Notes under the pieces: model-generated | Told to the model about the DNA's origin: nothing | What the model saw: the letters and a program-made list of their open reading frames with translations, nothing else | Databases searched by the model: none | Translations under genes and position numbers: made by a program | Assembly: GCA_964567995.1 (NCBI GenBank) | Contig: CAZMOB010000001.1 | Span: 120,591-184,590 of the forward strand | Source: an uncultured Gammaproteobacteria bacterium | Lineage (GTDB): Bacteria; Patescibacteriota; Patescibacteriia; 2-12-FULL-60-25 | Reading direction: 5' to 3' | DNA length: 64,000 nt | Shown: positions 9,686 to 18,891 of the stretch, one piece after another | How positions within the stretch are numbered: the stretch's first letter is position 1 | Layout of the letters: every line of letters starts with the position of its first letter

Positions 9686-10708
9686 ATGTCTGACGCTCCT
9701 GTCTTCGAAAAAAAGAATGTGTTGGTCACGGGTGGGGCCGGTTTCATCGGGTCGCACCTGTGTGAACGCCTACTTCAAGATTGCCGTGTGATCTGTTTGG
9801 ATAATTTCACGACCAGTGATGTCGAAAACATCACTCATTTGTTGAAACATCCGGATTTCGAATTCATCCGTCACGACATCAACACGCCATTCGATCCGGA
9901 ACAGTTCCCGGAGCTCACACGCTTCAAAGTGAAATTCCAAGGCATTCAAGAGATTTACCATTTGGCCTGTCCGACGAGTCCCAAGAAGTTCGATCAGTAT
10001 CGCATGCAGACGCTGTACGCCAACTCGCTTGGAACAAAGTACGGTCTCGATGTAGCCGTTCGCTATCGCTCTAAATTTTTGCTTGCGTCGAGTGCGGTTG
10101 TATACGGACCACGTCCCGCGGATGGTCATGTATTCACTGAAACCGAATTCGGAACATCAGATCTGTTGTCGCCTCGTGCTTGTTATGACGAAGGAAAGCG
10201 TTTTGCGGAAGCGGCGAGCGTAACGTATCGCAATGTGCATGGGATCGATGTCCGTATCGCCCGTATTTTTCGCACCTATGGTCCTCGCATGCCTCTTTAC
10301 GACGGTCAGATGATCTCAGATTTCATTACAGATGCACTTGATGGCAAAGAGTTGGAGTTATACGGAGATGAAACCTTCCGCACCTCGCTGGTGTACGTCG
10401 GTGATGTCGTGGATGGGTTGATGAAGCTCATGCGTGCACCAGCAGAGGTGCAAATTGTGAATATTGGAAGCGATGTGGACGTGCCGCTGATTGATGTCGC
10501 TCAGCGAATTATTGAAATGACCGGTTCTGTTTCCAAAATCACCTTCAAACCACCGCTGCTTTTCATGTCTCAGCTCGGGTTGCCGGATATGACCAAATCG
10601 AAAGAAGCGCTTGGTTGGATTCCGCTGGTGACGTTGGATGATGGATTGAAGCGAACGATTGAATATACGATGTCGCATAAGTCGTTGTTGAGTTTCCGGA
10701 AGACGTAA
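9686..10708 (+). CDS. NAD-dependent epimerase/dehydratase, UDP-glucuronate decarboxylase (UXS)-like, copy 2
   Basis: VTGGAGFIGSHL, CYDEGKRFAEA, RIFRTYGPRM. Tandem paralog of 8653-9675. Confidence 0.88.
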   Translation: MSDAPVFEKKNVLVTGGAGFIGSHLCERLLQDCRVICLDNFTTSDVENITHLLKHPDFEFIRHDINTPFDPEQFPELTRFKVKFQGIQEIYHLACPTSPKKFDQYRMQTLYANSLGTKYGLDVAVRYRSKFLLASSAVVYGPRPADGHVFTETEFGTSDLLSPRACYDEGKRFAEAASVTYRNVHGIDVRIARIFRTYGPRMPLYDGQMISDFITDALDGKELELYGDETFRTSLVYVGDVVDGLMKLMRAPAEVQIVNIGSDVDVPLIDVAQRIIEMTGSVSKITFKPPLLFMSQLGLPDMTKSKEALGWIPLVTLDDGLKRTIEYTMSHKSLLSFRKT

Positions 10709-10720
10709 ACTAAAACGCAA

Positions 10721-10755
10721 CACCCGCCTTGGCGAAGTGCTGCGCCGGGCGGGTG
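10721..10755 (-). terminator. GC-rich hairpin terminator between convergent genes
   Basis: CACCCGCC..GGCG / CGCC..GGCGGGTG nested stem. On the minus strand it is followed by TTGCGTTTTAGTTT, so it best fits termination of the adenylate-kinase-like gene. Confidence 0.6.
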
Positions 10756-10772
10756 CGGGGAGAGGGGTGCTT

Positions 10773-11507
10773 CTAACCGTAGAGATGTCGAACGATCCTC
10801 TGGAAGGTCTCGTCCGGTGTGAGTACCGTGGTGTCGATCTCCACGATCCTCAGATCAGGTCGCCTGACCTGGCGGTAGGCGGCGATCGTGGGCACGACGT
10901 AGTGTTCGTACTCCGCGAAGCGGACCTCGAGGCGCTCCCGGTCGTCGTCGGGTCGGTGTCTGAGAGGTGCCTGCGTGATCGGATGGCGAGGATCCTTGGG
11001 ATCGATATTGTGCAGCGATACCGAGAAGGGCTCGTCGTGCTCATCGACGAAGCGGTCGTTGGCTCGCCGCCGAAGCTCAGCCTTGTCTGCGACCAGGATC
11101 ACGATCGCCGTTGGACGATTGATGCGGTTTTCGAAGAATTTGACTTGCGAAGGAAGGCGGGGGACGCCTTCCGCGAGCCAGTTGTCTTGGAGCTGAGGTT
11201 GATCGAAATGGGCTCGCAGCACCACCTCGACGATGTGATCCTCTACCATGATGCCTGCATGGATGGTAGCACGCACGCCCTCTGCATCCTTGCGAGAGAT
11301 ACCCATCTTCACGAGGGTGTCCGGCGGCTGCATCAGCATCGCTCTCGCCGAGAGTTGGGGCACGGGTCCGTTCAGACCGGCCTTCTGGCCGAGATACTGG
11401 GCCAGTCGATGGAAGATCGTGCCTTTGCCCGCTCCAGGCAGACCGGCCAGGCAGACCCGGCTGTTGGTGATCTTGTTCGTCGTCGTTCGGTCGTTTTCTC
11501 GCGCCAT
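10773..11507 (-). CDS. Divergent adenylate-kinase-family P-loop kinase; GC-rich
   Basis: GLPGAGKGT P-loop, an EGVPR (GFPR-like) motif and an RHRPDDDRERLEVRFAEY (R-x-DD LID/C-terminal) motif. AAGGAG lies 6 nt upstream of the ATG. The antisense ORF 10737-11555 is taken as a shadow. Confidence 0.7.
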   Translation of the reverse strand: MARENDRTTTNKITNSRVCLAGLPGAGKGTIFHRLAQYLGQKAGLNGPVPQLSARAMLMQPPDTLVKMGISRKDAEGVRATIHAGIMVEDHIVEVVLRAHFDQPQLQDNWLAEGVPRLPSQVKFFENRINRPTAIVILVADKAELRRRANDRFVDEHDEPFSVSLHNIDPKDPRHPITQAPLRHRPDDDRERLEVRFAEYEHYVVPTIAAYRQVRRPDLRIVEIDTTVLTPDETFQRIVRHLYG

Positions 11508-11599
11508 CGTATGCTCCTTCTGTTACGAAAACGCACCTTCTGTGAATTTCCGTAAACGGCCATCTTGTACCACGGTTTAGCTATTCTGCCCAGGATGCT

Positions 11600-11830
11600 A
11601 TGATGTCTCCGACTCGATCATTTTCTCTTATGGTAACTCTGACCCAGGTCGCGACGACTACCGTGAACAAAACGGTTGTTGGATTTGCGTTATTTGGTGG
11701 AATGGCAGTCGCAGCTATGGTATTTCTCGCCGGCTCCGTCTATCAAGACGGGAAAGCCCAAGCGCCACGACGTGATCAATCGGTGCCAATTGTGGAAGAG
11801 CAGAAGACGGTTTCGACGGAAAACTCTTAA
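11600..11830 (+). CDS. Small membrane protein (hypothetical)
   Basis: 76-aa ORF with one hydrophobic helix (VVGFALFGGMAVAAMVFLAGSV), directly upstream of the AAA+ gene. Confidence 0.45.
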   Translation: MMSPTRSFSLMVTLTQVATTTVNKTVVGFALFGGMAVAAMVFLAGSVYQDGKAQAPRRDQSVPIVEEQKTVSTENS

Positions 11831-11845
11831 CTCTTACGTTCTTGT

Positions 11846-12865
11846 ATGGCTGTTCCTTCCGGTGCCCCTTCACCTGCGGTTCTCGCGGTTATTTTCTTCA
11901 TCATCTTGTTCGGGGCCTATTTATTTTTGTCACAACGTAAGAAGCCAGAAGCGAAATCAGGCTCATTCACGACCGACCTGACAGACTTGGCCCGACGTGG
12001 AAAATTGCCTCACGTCGTTGGGATGGATGAATCAATTGAGCGGGTGATCCACGTCATTGCGCGTAAATCGAAGAATAATCCTTTATTGATCGGTGAGCCG
12101 GGGGTAGGGAAGACGGCTGTGATGGAAGGTCTGGCGCAACGTATCGTGGCGGGGGATGTTCCTGAACAATTCAAAGGAAAAAAGGTGTTAGCTTTGAACT
12201 TGGGCGATTTGATGGCTGGAACGAAATATCGTGGAGAGCTGGAAAGTCGCTTGCGGGGATTGCTGCAATCGCTTGAACAGCGAGAACGCGAAGTCATTTT
12301 GTTTATCGACGAGTTACACATGATCGAGCAAGCTCGTGGGAGCGAAGGGTCGCTCGATTTGGCGGATATTTTGAAACCAGCTTTGTCGCGGGGAGATCTG
12401 CAGGTGGTTGGTGCAACCACCTGGCGTGAGTACGAGCAATATTTGAAACCAGATGGAGCCATTGATCGACGCTTTCAGCCAGTCTTAGTTGAAGAGCCGT
12501 CCCGGGATACGGCGGTGGCGATTGTGAACGGAGCGAAGCCGTCCTATGAAAAATTCCATAATGTCTGTATTCCAAAACAAACGGTCGAGGCCGCGGTCGA
12601 TGCCTCGATGAAGTTCGTCAAAGATCGCTTTTTGCCAGACAAAGCGTTTGATGTTGTGGATGAAGCCTGTGCCAAGGTCGCGCTAGAAACAGCTGCTAAG
12701 TCGCATGGTGCCGCCTTAGGGATTTTGCACCAAGCTTCTGCACAGGTGAGCGCCGAGTGCCCTGGAGATACCCCGATTGTCGGGATTGAAGATGTGAATG
12801 AAGTGGCTCGGCAATGGCACGAGCATCGAATGAGTCCGGCTCAAAAGCAAGAGGCTTCGGCTTGA
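11846..12865 (+). CDS. Membrane-anchored AAA+ ATPase with a single ClpA/ClpB-type D1 module
   Basis: N-terminal TM helix (AVLAVIFFIILFGAYLFL). Then LPHVVGMDESIERVIHVIARKSKNNPLLIGEPGVGKTAVMEGLAQRI (Walker A), KYRGELESRL, and VILFIDELHMI (Walker B). No N-domain, no D2 module and no ClpP loop visible. Confidence 0.8.
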   Translation: MAVPSGAPSPAVLAVIFFIILFGAYLFLSQRKKPEAKSGSFTTDLTDLARRGKLPHVVGMDESIERVIHVIARKSKNNPLLIGEPGVGKTAVMEGLAQRIVAGDVPEQFKGKKVLALNLGDLMAGTKYRGELESRLRGLLQSLEQREREVILFIDELHMIEQARGSEGSLDLADILKPALSRGDLQVVGATTWREYEQYLKPDGAIDRRFQPVLVEEPSRDTAVAIVNGAKPSYEKFHNVCIPKQTVEAAVDASMKFVKDRFLPDKAFDVVDEACAKVALETAAKSHGAALGILHQASAQVSAECPGDTPIVGIEDVNEVARQWHEHRMSPAQKQEASA

Positions 12866-12896
12866 ACGTCTGGCCTCGGCGGGCTACTGTGGGTCT

Positions 12897-13574
12897 ATGC
12901 GCGTGATTGCCGTCATAGCAGCGTTTCGAGAGGTGCCTCGGGTCCGTCAGTCGGTCGAGGCTTGTTTGCCGTATGTGGATCAGGTGATCGTGGTCGATGA
13001 TGGGTCTCAGGATGGCACGGCTGAAGAGGCGAAACGGGGCGGGGCGTTGGTATTGCAGCATGCGATTAATCGAGGGCAGGGAGCGGCTCTTAAGACCGGA
13101 ACATTAGCTGCTATTCGTTTGGGAGCGGATTTCATTGTTCATCTTGATGCGGACGGTCAGCATGACCCGAGTTTCATTCCAAGCCTGCTTAAGCCGATCG
13201 TGGCGGGGGAAGTGGACGTAGTCTTTGGCTCCCGGTTCCTCGGGATCAAAGCGATCGGGATGCCGCTCAGGCGTCGGATCCTGATGATGGGCATTCGTCT
13301 GTTCAATATTTTTGCATTGGGCATCCCGTCTCATGTGACCGATCCGCAAACTGGACTACGTGCGTTTCATGCGGAGGCTGGACGAAAACTGAATTTTCAA
13401 CAAGATCGCATGGCCCATTGCTCAGAGATTTTGCGCCAGGTCACGCAGAACTTCCGTTGGACGGAAGTGCCTGTTCAAGTGCGTTATACGAAAGAGACCT
13501 TGGCCAAGGGGCAATGGCGCGGCGGCGCGGCGAGAGTTGTGTGGCAGCTTTTGATCGGATCGTTTAGGAAATAA
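12897..13574 (+). CDS. Glycosyltransferase family 2 (polyprenyl-phosphate sugar synthase-like)
   Basis: VIVVDDGSQDGT and HLDADGQHDP (DxD) motifs. 225 aa. Confidence 0.88.
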   Translation: MRVIAVIAAFREVPRVRQSVEACLPYVDQVIVVDDGSQDGTAEEAKRGGALVLQHAINRGQGAALKTGTLAAIRLGADFIVHLDADGQHDPSFIPSLLKPIVAGEVDVVFGSRFLGIKAIGMPLRRRILMMGIRLFNIFALGIPSHVTDPQTGLRAFHAEAGRKLNFQQDRMAHCSEILRQVTQNFRWTEVPVQVRYTKETLAKGQWRGGAARVVWQLLIGSFRK

Positions 13575-13584
13575 TACAGTATTT

Positions 13585-13932
13585 ATGTGGATTCGCTACG
13601 CTCTCCTTCTCGCCTTGGCCGCTACGCTCGCGCTGACGTGGTATCGCGCTTCGAAACAAGCGATCCGTCCGCTTGAGGCGGCAGGGTGGACCGTTGTCTG
13701 GGTTGGAGCGGGGGTATTGGTCTGTTTGCCGGGGATCACAACCTTTTTTGCAGAACGGGTCGGAATCGGCCGCGGAGTCGATCTGATGATCTATTTGTCC
13801 GTATTTGTCTTGTTTCTGCTAGTTTTTCATTTGCATGTTGTCCATGATCGTATAGAGAAATCGATTACTGAACTCGTCCGACATGAAGCGTTACGCGCCT
13901 TGCCGACGGAGGGAAAAGAACAGGGGAAGTAA
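13585..13932 (+). CDS. DUF2304-like small membrane protein
   Basis: Three TM helices plus a C-terminal amphipathic helix (HDRIEKSITELVRHEAL). The position right after a GT2 gene is typical for this family. Confidence 0.6.
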   Translation: MWIRYALLLALAATLALTWYRASKQAIRPLEAAGWTVVWVGAGVLVCLPGITTFFAERVGIGRGVDLMIYLSVFVLFLLVFHLHVVHDRIEKSITELVRHEALRALPTEGKEQGK

Positions 13933-13936
13933 TTGC

Positions 13937-15088
13937 ATGGCTAAAGCGTTACGCGTACTCCATGTCGCCTGTCTGGCTCCGCCGGAAGTGGGTGGTATTG
14001 GGATGTCTGCTTTACGAGAGGTTGAGGGGTTACGTGTTCGTGGACACGAGGCATTCCTCGTTGCCCCGGAAATAGAAGGGGACAAGACAGGAATGGTGCG
14101 CCCAGTTGGTATTCGTACGCTCACACCCGTTTGGCGAGTGGGGAATGCTGGGACATTACCGTTGAGACGCATCCTGAAAGAAGGCTGGGATATCGTGCAT
14201 TTGCATTACCCGTTCTACGGAACCGCAGAATGGCTGCTCGCCATTCCACGTTCAGTTCCTATCGTCCTGACGTTTCATATGGACGGAGTGCTGGGTGGGT
14301 GGCGTGAACCGATCGCGCGTGTGCACCGGTCAATAGTTCAGCCCTGGTTATTACGGCAAGCGAAGCGCATCTTTGTTTCTTCGTTAGATTATGCCGTTGC
14401 TTCGTCGATGAGAAGCTTCGTGAAACGACAAGATCCGAAACTGGTCGAGTTGCCTTTTGGTATTGATCTAAAGGCGTTTCAACCCGGCCCGAGCGAGCGA
14501 GCTTTTTTTGGTCTACCTGAAGATCGAATGATTTTTTTAATGGTCGGTGGTCTGGATCGTGCTCACGCCTTTAAAGGCGTCGACGTTGCTATTCGAGCCC
14601 TGGCTGGTATCTCGGACAAGACGGTATTGCTTGCGATTCGAGGGGATGGGGAATTACAAGCGAGTTTTGAAGCACTAGCGCACGAACTTGGAGTCGCTGA
14701 ACGCGTCCGTTTTTTGCCTCGTTGCGAGACACGGGATTTGCCACGCCTCTATCGTTCGGCGGATGTGCTGCTTTTTCCATCCACCTCTGGTTCGGAGGCG
14801 TTTGGATTGGTTGCGATCGAAGCGCAAGCGTGTGGGACACCAGTCATCGCGTCTGATCTGCCCGGTGTGCGATCCGTGTTGCAGTCAGGGAAAACGGGTT
14901 GGATCGTCCCACCGCGAGATGTAGCGGCTCTTACGAAACAGATGGAGAGAGCTATCCAACGATCATCAGATGAGGTCATTCGGATGCGACTCGAGGCGTC
15001 TCAACTTGCGCAGCAACGGTACGATCAAGAACGTCATCTCGATCGGTTGATTCAAACCTATCAAGACGTATGCGGATCGCTGTCTTAA
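13937..15088 (+). CDS. Glycosyltransferase family 4 (GT-B, Glycos_transf_1)
   Basis: Start moved to ATG 13937 (MAKALRVLHVACLAPPEVGGIG). C-terminal PSTSGSEAFGLVAIEAQACGTPVIASDLPG motif. Confidence 0.88.
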   Translation: MAKALRVLHVACLAPPEVGGIGMSALREVEGLRVRGHEAFLVAPEIEGDKTGMVRPVGIRTLTPVWRVGNAGTLPLRRILKEGWDIVHLHYPFYGTAEWLLAIPRSVPIVLTFHMDGVLGGWREPIARVHRSIVQPWLLRQAKRIFVSSLDYAVASSMRSFVKRQDPKLVELPFGIDLKAFQPGPSERAFFGLPEDRMIFLMVGGLDRAHAFKGVDVAIRALAGISDKTVLLAIRGDGELQASFEALAHELGVAERVRFLPRCETRDLPRLYRSADVLLFPSTSGSEAFGLVAIEAQACGTPVIASDLPGVRSVLQSGKTGWIVPPRDVAALTKQMERAIQRSSDEVIRMRLEASQLAQQRYDQERHLDRLIQTYQDVCGSLS

Positions 15089-16167
15089 CGAATGCCTATC
15101 CACCGCAGGCTCGCGGCGGAGCTGGCCGCATTGCGGAGCGTCAGGTCGAATTGCTACGTGCCCGAGGCCACGAAGTTCGCGTTTGGGTTACTTCGCTCGA
15201 TTGGACGACAAGCTCATTTATCGGGCGACTCTTTTTTCATGTACGAGATCTTGTCTGGATCCATCCAGCTGCGAAAGAAATCGTTGCCTGGCAGCCAGAA
15301 GTGCTACTCACGCATAATTTGACTGGTGCGGGGTTTCGGACGCCGCAGAAGATTAAGCAGGATAATCAATCAATCACTTCAGGCAAGAATCTTCGCTGGG
15401 CGCATGTGTTACATGATGTTCAGTTGTTTCATCCATTAGGTTTATTGAAGGAGGAACAACGGATCACTGGTCTTCAGCGTTGGGTGACCAGTGTCCGAAG
15501 ACAGATCTTTGGTCGACCAGATGCGGTAATCAGTCCCACAGAATGGTTGCTACAGGCGCATCGACGACGTGGATGGTTTGAAGCAACGGAAACAAAGGTG
15601 ATTCCTAACCTTGCTCCTGCCCTTGAATCACCAGCCTCACAAGACTGGAATAAACCACTTCGTATTTTATTTGTAGGACGGGTGAGTCCAGATAAAGGAT
15701 CGGAGCTGCTCAAACAATTGATGCAGACGGTTTCTCGTCCGACCAGCTGGGAAGTGATTGGTGCACAAGCAACCTCCTTGAATGAGACGATTGTTCCTTC
15801 GGGATCAGTGCTGCGATTGCAAGAGGAATCTTCGCCGAACGAAGTGCTTGAAGCGATGCGTGCCGCTGATCTGCTACTTGTTCCTTCTCAAATCGCAGAA
15901 AATCAGCCAACGGTGTTATTGGAAGCATTTGCTGTCGGGTTGCCGGTCATCGGACAAGCGATCGGAGGGATTCCGGAGACGATCGGAACCGCGGGAATCA
16001 TCGTCGATACAGCTGAGCCGCAAGCTTGGCTCAAAGCGATCGATAAGCTGACATCACGGCCTCGGGTCTTCTGGTCGGAACGTGTGCAACAGGCCTGGAC
16101 GCGTCACGATCCGACACGCGTTGTTGAAGTGTTGGAAGATGCGCTCAGATCAAATAAGAAAATATAA
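15070..16167 (+). CDS. Glycosyltransferase family 4 (GT-B)
   Basis: MRIAVLTNAYPPQARGGAGRIAE and a C-terminal ENQPTVLLEAFAVGLPVIGQAIGGIPE motif. Overlaps the previous gene by 19 nt. Confidence 0.85.
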   Translation: MRIAVLTNAYPPQARGGAGRIAERQVELLRARGHEVRVWVTSLDWTTSSFIGRLFFHVRDLVWIHPAAKEIVAWQPEVLLTHNLTGAGFRTPQKIKQDNQSITSGKNLRWAHVLHDVQLFHPLGLLKEEQRITGLQRWVTSVRRQIFGRPDAVISPTEWLLQAHRRRGWFEATETKVIPNLAPALESPASQDWNKPLRILFVGRVSPDKGSELLKQLMQTVSRPTSWEVIGAQATSLNETIVPSGSVLRLQEESSPNEVLEAMRAADLLLVPSQIAENQPTVLLEAFAVGLPVIGQAIGGIPETIGTAGIIVDTAEPQAWLKAIDKLTSRPRVFWSERVQQAWTRHDPTRVVEVLEDALRSNKKI

Positions 16168-18230
16168 GCGGTGCCCCGTTCAACATTCCAGGTTCGATCC
16201 GCCAAGGCTTTCAATCGTTCGATAATCTGTTCCGATTTGAACCAATATTGGTTAACAACGACGTAGACCAGCGAGCTTTGTCCAAGATCGCCAGCTTCCT
16301 GCGCAATGTCCAGATCGGGACGTTCCATCATTTGGAGGAACTGTTCATAGAGCGGGCCACCGGTCGGAATAGGGTAATAGAAGATGTCGCCCACGTAGCG
16401 CTTGAAGCCAAACGTAGAAATAGCGGCGGCGCTCACGGTTTGGTTGGCCAAGACGGTGTACGGTTTTCCGTTTGCTTGTTTGTCAATGAATTTTACGGCT
16501 TCCAGATCGCTTTTTCCGACATTCCAACCATGTCCGATCGCAGCGGCGTCATTTCGTGGAAGAATGTTATAGACATTAGCTGAAAACCAAGCGATGCCGA
16601 GCAGAAGTCCGGCCGCTTGCATGCGCGGATGTGTCCGTTCAAGGTGTTCGAACCAGAATCCGATTCCGACCAGAGCGGCTGGTACGAGGAAGAGTTGTGC
16701 CACGATCAACAAACGTGCGGCGTAATCCTGGCGTTCATAAGAAATAAGGAAGGAAAAATCGCCACTTGTATGGAGAAGCCAGCTGCTTCCAGCGACGGCA
16801 AGCGATAGTCCGATCAACGTGATCCAGATTCGTCGACGAGCCAGATCTTTGTGGGCAGCGAAGACGGCCGCCGCCAGTAGAAGTAGAGGAAGAAGATAGA
16901 TCTGCCAGTTGGCCCAGTCTGGCCAAAGCGCCAAGTGAGTTGCGGGCGGCTGTACTCGATCAACGAACCAGTGGAGAGACTGAGAAATATCTTTGAGCCA
17001 AGACCAAGACCACGCACCACTTTGAAGGAATGCCCGCAAAGAAAAGGCGAGCGGAACGGCGAGTAACGAACCAAGGAGAGCGAGCACGGTTCCGGTCCAA
17101 CGCAGCCAGCCAATCCGCAGACGCTGAAAGGCGATCGCGCCACAGGCGAAAGCAAAGGGAAGGCCAGCCAACGGGTGCGTCGCGAGCGACCAGCCGAGCA
17201 AGAGTCCGGGAAGCGCGAAATGGGATGCGGCTGTTTCTTCTTCTGTTGGAATCAGCCAGAGCAGAGCGAGTAACCCCAAAAGGTAGGCGACGTTTTGGGG
17301 TGTCGTCGCGGATAGAATATGGAGCGGTACCGCGATCAATAGACCGACGATCACGAATCGTCCGCGTCGTTTGGAGGCCAGGTGAGCGCTGGCAAAGGGT
17401 AAGAGCAGAGCGACCGCTCCGACGAGCCAGAGATCTCCCAGACGGTGCGGAATGTGAAGTGTACGCGTTAGCCAAGTCACGAGCGTGTACTGTCCAATAT
17501 ACGAAGGTGGAGCGGGTGTCAGTGTTCCGGTACGCAGAATGACTTCTTCACTCGCGCGGTGCAGGAAGCCATCAAAACCGTAGCCGAGTGGATAGATGAG
17601 GGTTGTAAGAGAGGCCAGGGTGAGCAAGGTGAGTGCCACGAGTCCGATCACGATCGGTTTTCGAGCTTTGAGCGTTGCAAGAAAGCTCCCGAGAAATAAG
17701 ACGGCTACCGCGATGAACATCCCAGCTGGAAAGAGATTCCAAGGTCCGTTGATTGAACGAGTGGTCGCATGCAGTGAGGCGGTGATGATCAAGAAGAGCG
17801 CAGCGGCAACGAATGAAAGAACGGCCAGCGTCGTCCAGGCTGCTTCGGATGGTTCAATACGTGTCGGTTCGTCTTCGTTCAAGTCCTTTGTCTGGAGCGG
17901 ATTGATTTGAAGGAGAAGTCCAATAAGTAAGACGCTGCCACCGAGCGAAATTCCATCAGACACGGGTCCAAGTGATCCACCGGCGTAGTACCAGATCGTT
18001 TGTAAAATCGCTTGTCCAGCGAAAATCGCTGTTCCGCTGATGAGCCAACGAAGCACCCGAGGACAGCGTGGAGCGAGCCCTTCTCCGAAGGTTCCGGTAG
18101 CAAAAACCAACACAAATAACAAGCCAGCCGAACGAATGGCTTCTAACGAATCCGGCAGAAGTCCGGTTGCGCACGCAAGGATTCCGCCGACGAGCAGAGG
18201 GAGGCTGGACAAGAGGCGAGAGTGTGTCAC
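16104..18230 (-). CDS. Large polytopic membrane protein, possible GT-C-type glycosyltransferase/polymerase
   Basis: 708 aa with more than 12 predicted hydrophobic helices followed by a soluble C-terminal domain of about 150 aa. It sits in a glycan cluster. Function is inferred from context only. Confidence 0.55.
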   Translation of the reverse strand: MTHSRLLSSLPLLVGGILACATGLLPDSLEAIRSAGLLFVLVFATGTFGEGLAPRCPRVLRWLISGTAIFAGQAILQTIWYYAGGSLGPVSDGISLGGSVLLIGLLLQINPLQTKDLNEDEPTRIEPSEAAWTTLAVLSFVAAALFLIITASLHATTRSINGPWNLFPAGMFIAVAVLFLGSFLATLKARKPIVIGLVALTLLTLASLTTLIYPLGYGFDGFLHRASEEVILRTGTLTPAPPSYIGQYTLVTWLTRTLHIPHRLGDLWLVGAVALLLPFASAHLASKRRGRFVIVGLLIAVPLHILSATTPQNVAYLLGLLALLWLIPTEEETAASHFALPGLLLGWSLATHPLAGLPFAFACGAIAFQRLRIGWLRWTGTVLALLGSLLAVPLAFSLRAFLQSGAWSWSWLKDISQSLHWFVDRVQPPATHLALWPDWANWQIYLLPLLLLAAAVFAAHKDLARRRIWITLIGLSLAVAGSSWLLHTSGDFSFLISYERQDYAARLLIVAQLFLVPAALVGIGFWFEHLERTHPRMQAAGLLLGIAWFSANVYNILPRNDAAAIGHGWNVGKSDLEAVKFIDKQANGKPYTVLANQTVSAAAISTFGFKRYVGDIFYYPIPTGGPLYEQFLQMMERPDLDIAQEAGDLGQSSLVYVVVNQYWFKSEQIIERLKALADRTWNVERGTAYIFLFDLSASSNTSTTRVGS

Positions 18231-18299
18231 ACGAAGCTGAGTGTACCATTTTTTTGCTCGATTGCCGCTCCTCCCGTATCCTACTCCCTAAGAGTTCGT

Positions 18300-18884
18300 A
18301 TGCTCATGACAAATGAGAACGTTCGGTTATATCCGCACGATCGTTTTTTACAAGCCACCCTTCTCAAGCTCATTCCGGCTTGGATCACGCCCAATCAGCT
18401 CACGCTGGCGAGATTCTTGTTGGTGCCGGTTGTTCTGGCTGCCTTGAATGATCAAGCGTGGGCTTGGGTATTGGGTCTATTCCTATTGGCGGCTATCACG
18501 GATGTGTTCGATGGATCGTTGGCTCGGACACGAAAACAGATCACGATGTGGGGAACTGTGGCGGATCCGATCGCTGACAAAGCCTTAGTCGGATCGATGG
18601 CGCTCGTCTTCGTGGCGGAACAGATCCATCCGCTGTTCGCAGGATTGTTGGTCACGTTAGAGCTTGCCATCATGGCTGGTGCCTACGCTCGTTTCCGTCG
18701 CCGACATGCCTACACCTCGTCCAATATTTTCGGAAAAGTCAAAATGGGCCTGCAAACGTTGGGCGTCGTGCTGCTCATCGCACATCAGTTTATTCCGATT
18801 CCCTATGCGGTGCCTCTCGCGATCGTGATTTTTGGCTTTGCCCTGGTGCTGGCCGTGATTTCGTTTGTTACGTATAGTCTGTGA
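18300..18884 (+). CDS. CDP-alcohol phosphatidyltransferase family protein
   Basis: Start moved to ATG 18300. The signature D-G-x2-A-R-x8-G-x3-D-x3-D is seen as DVFDGSLARTRKQITMWGTVADPIADK. Confidence 0.85.
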   Translation: MLMTNENVRLYPHDRFLQATLLKLIPAWITPNQLTLARFLLVPVVLAALNDQAWAWVLGLFLLAAITDVFDGSLARTRKQITMWGTVADPIADKALVGSMALVFVAEQIHPLFAGLLVTLELAIMAGAYARFRRRHAYTSSNIFGKVKMGLQTLGVVLLIAHQFIPIPYAVPLAIVIFGFALVLAVISFVTYSL

Positions 18885-18891
18885 CGTCCAT

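Noticed and set aside
10737-11555. Long antisense ORFs appear in the six-frame track opposite real genes. Examples: 1551-2168(-), 10737-11555(+), 26228-27217(-), 29247-29876(-), 41910-42497(-), 16960-17475(-), 17030-17542(+), 23782-24330(-), 7013-7531(-), 60853-61509(-).
   Set aside because: Each lies fully inside a gene with clear family motifs on the other strand, and most are in GC-rich stretches where stop codons are rare. Their translations are low-complexity and Arg/Ser/Pro-rich, with no motifs. They are treated as shadow ORFs.
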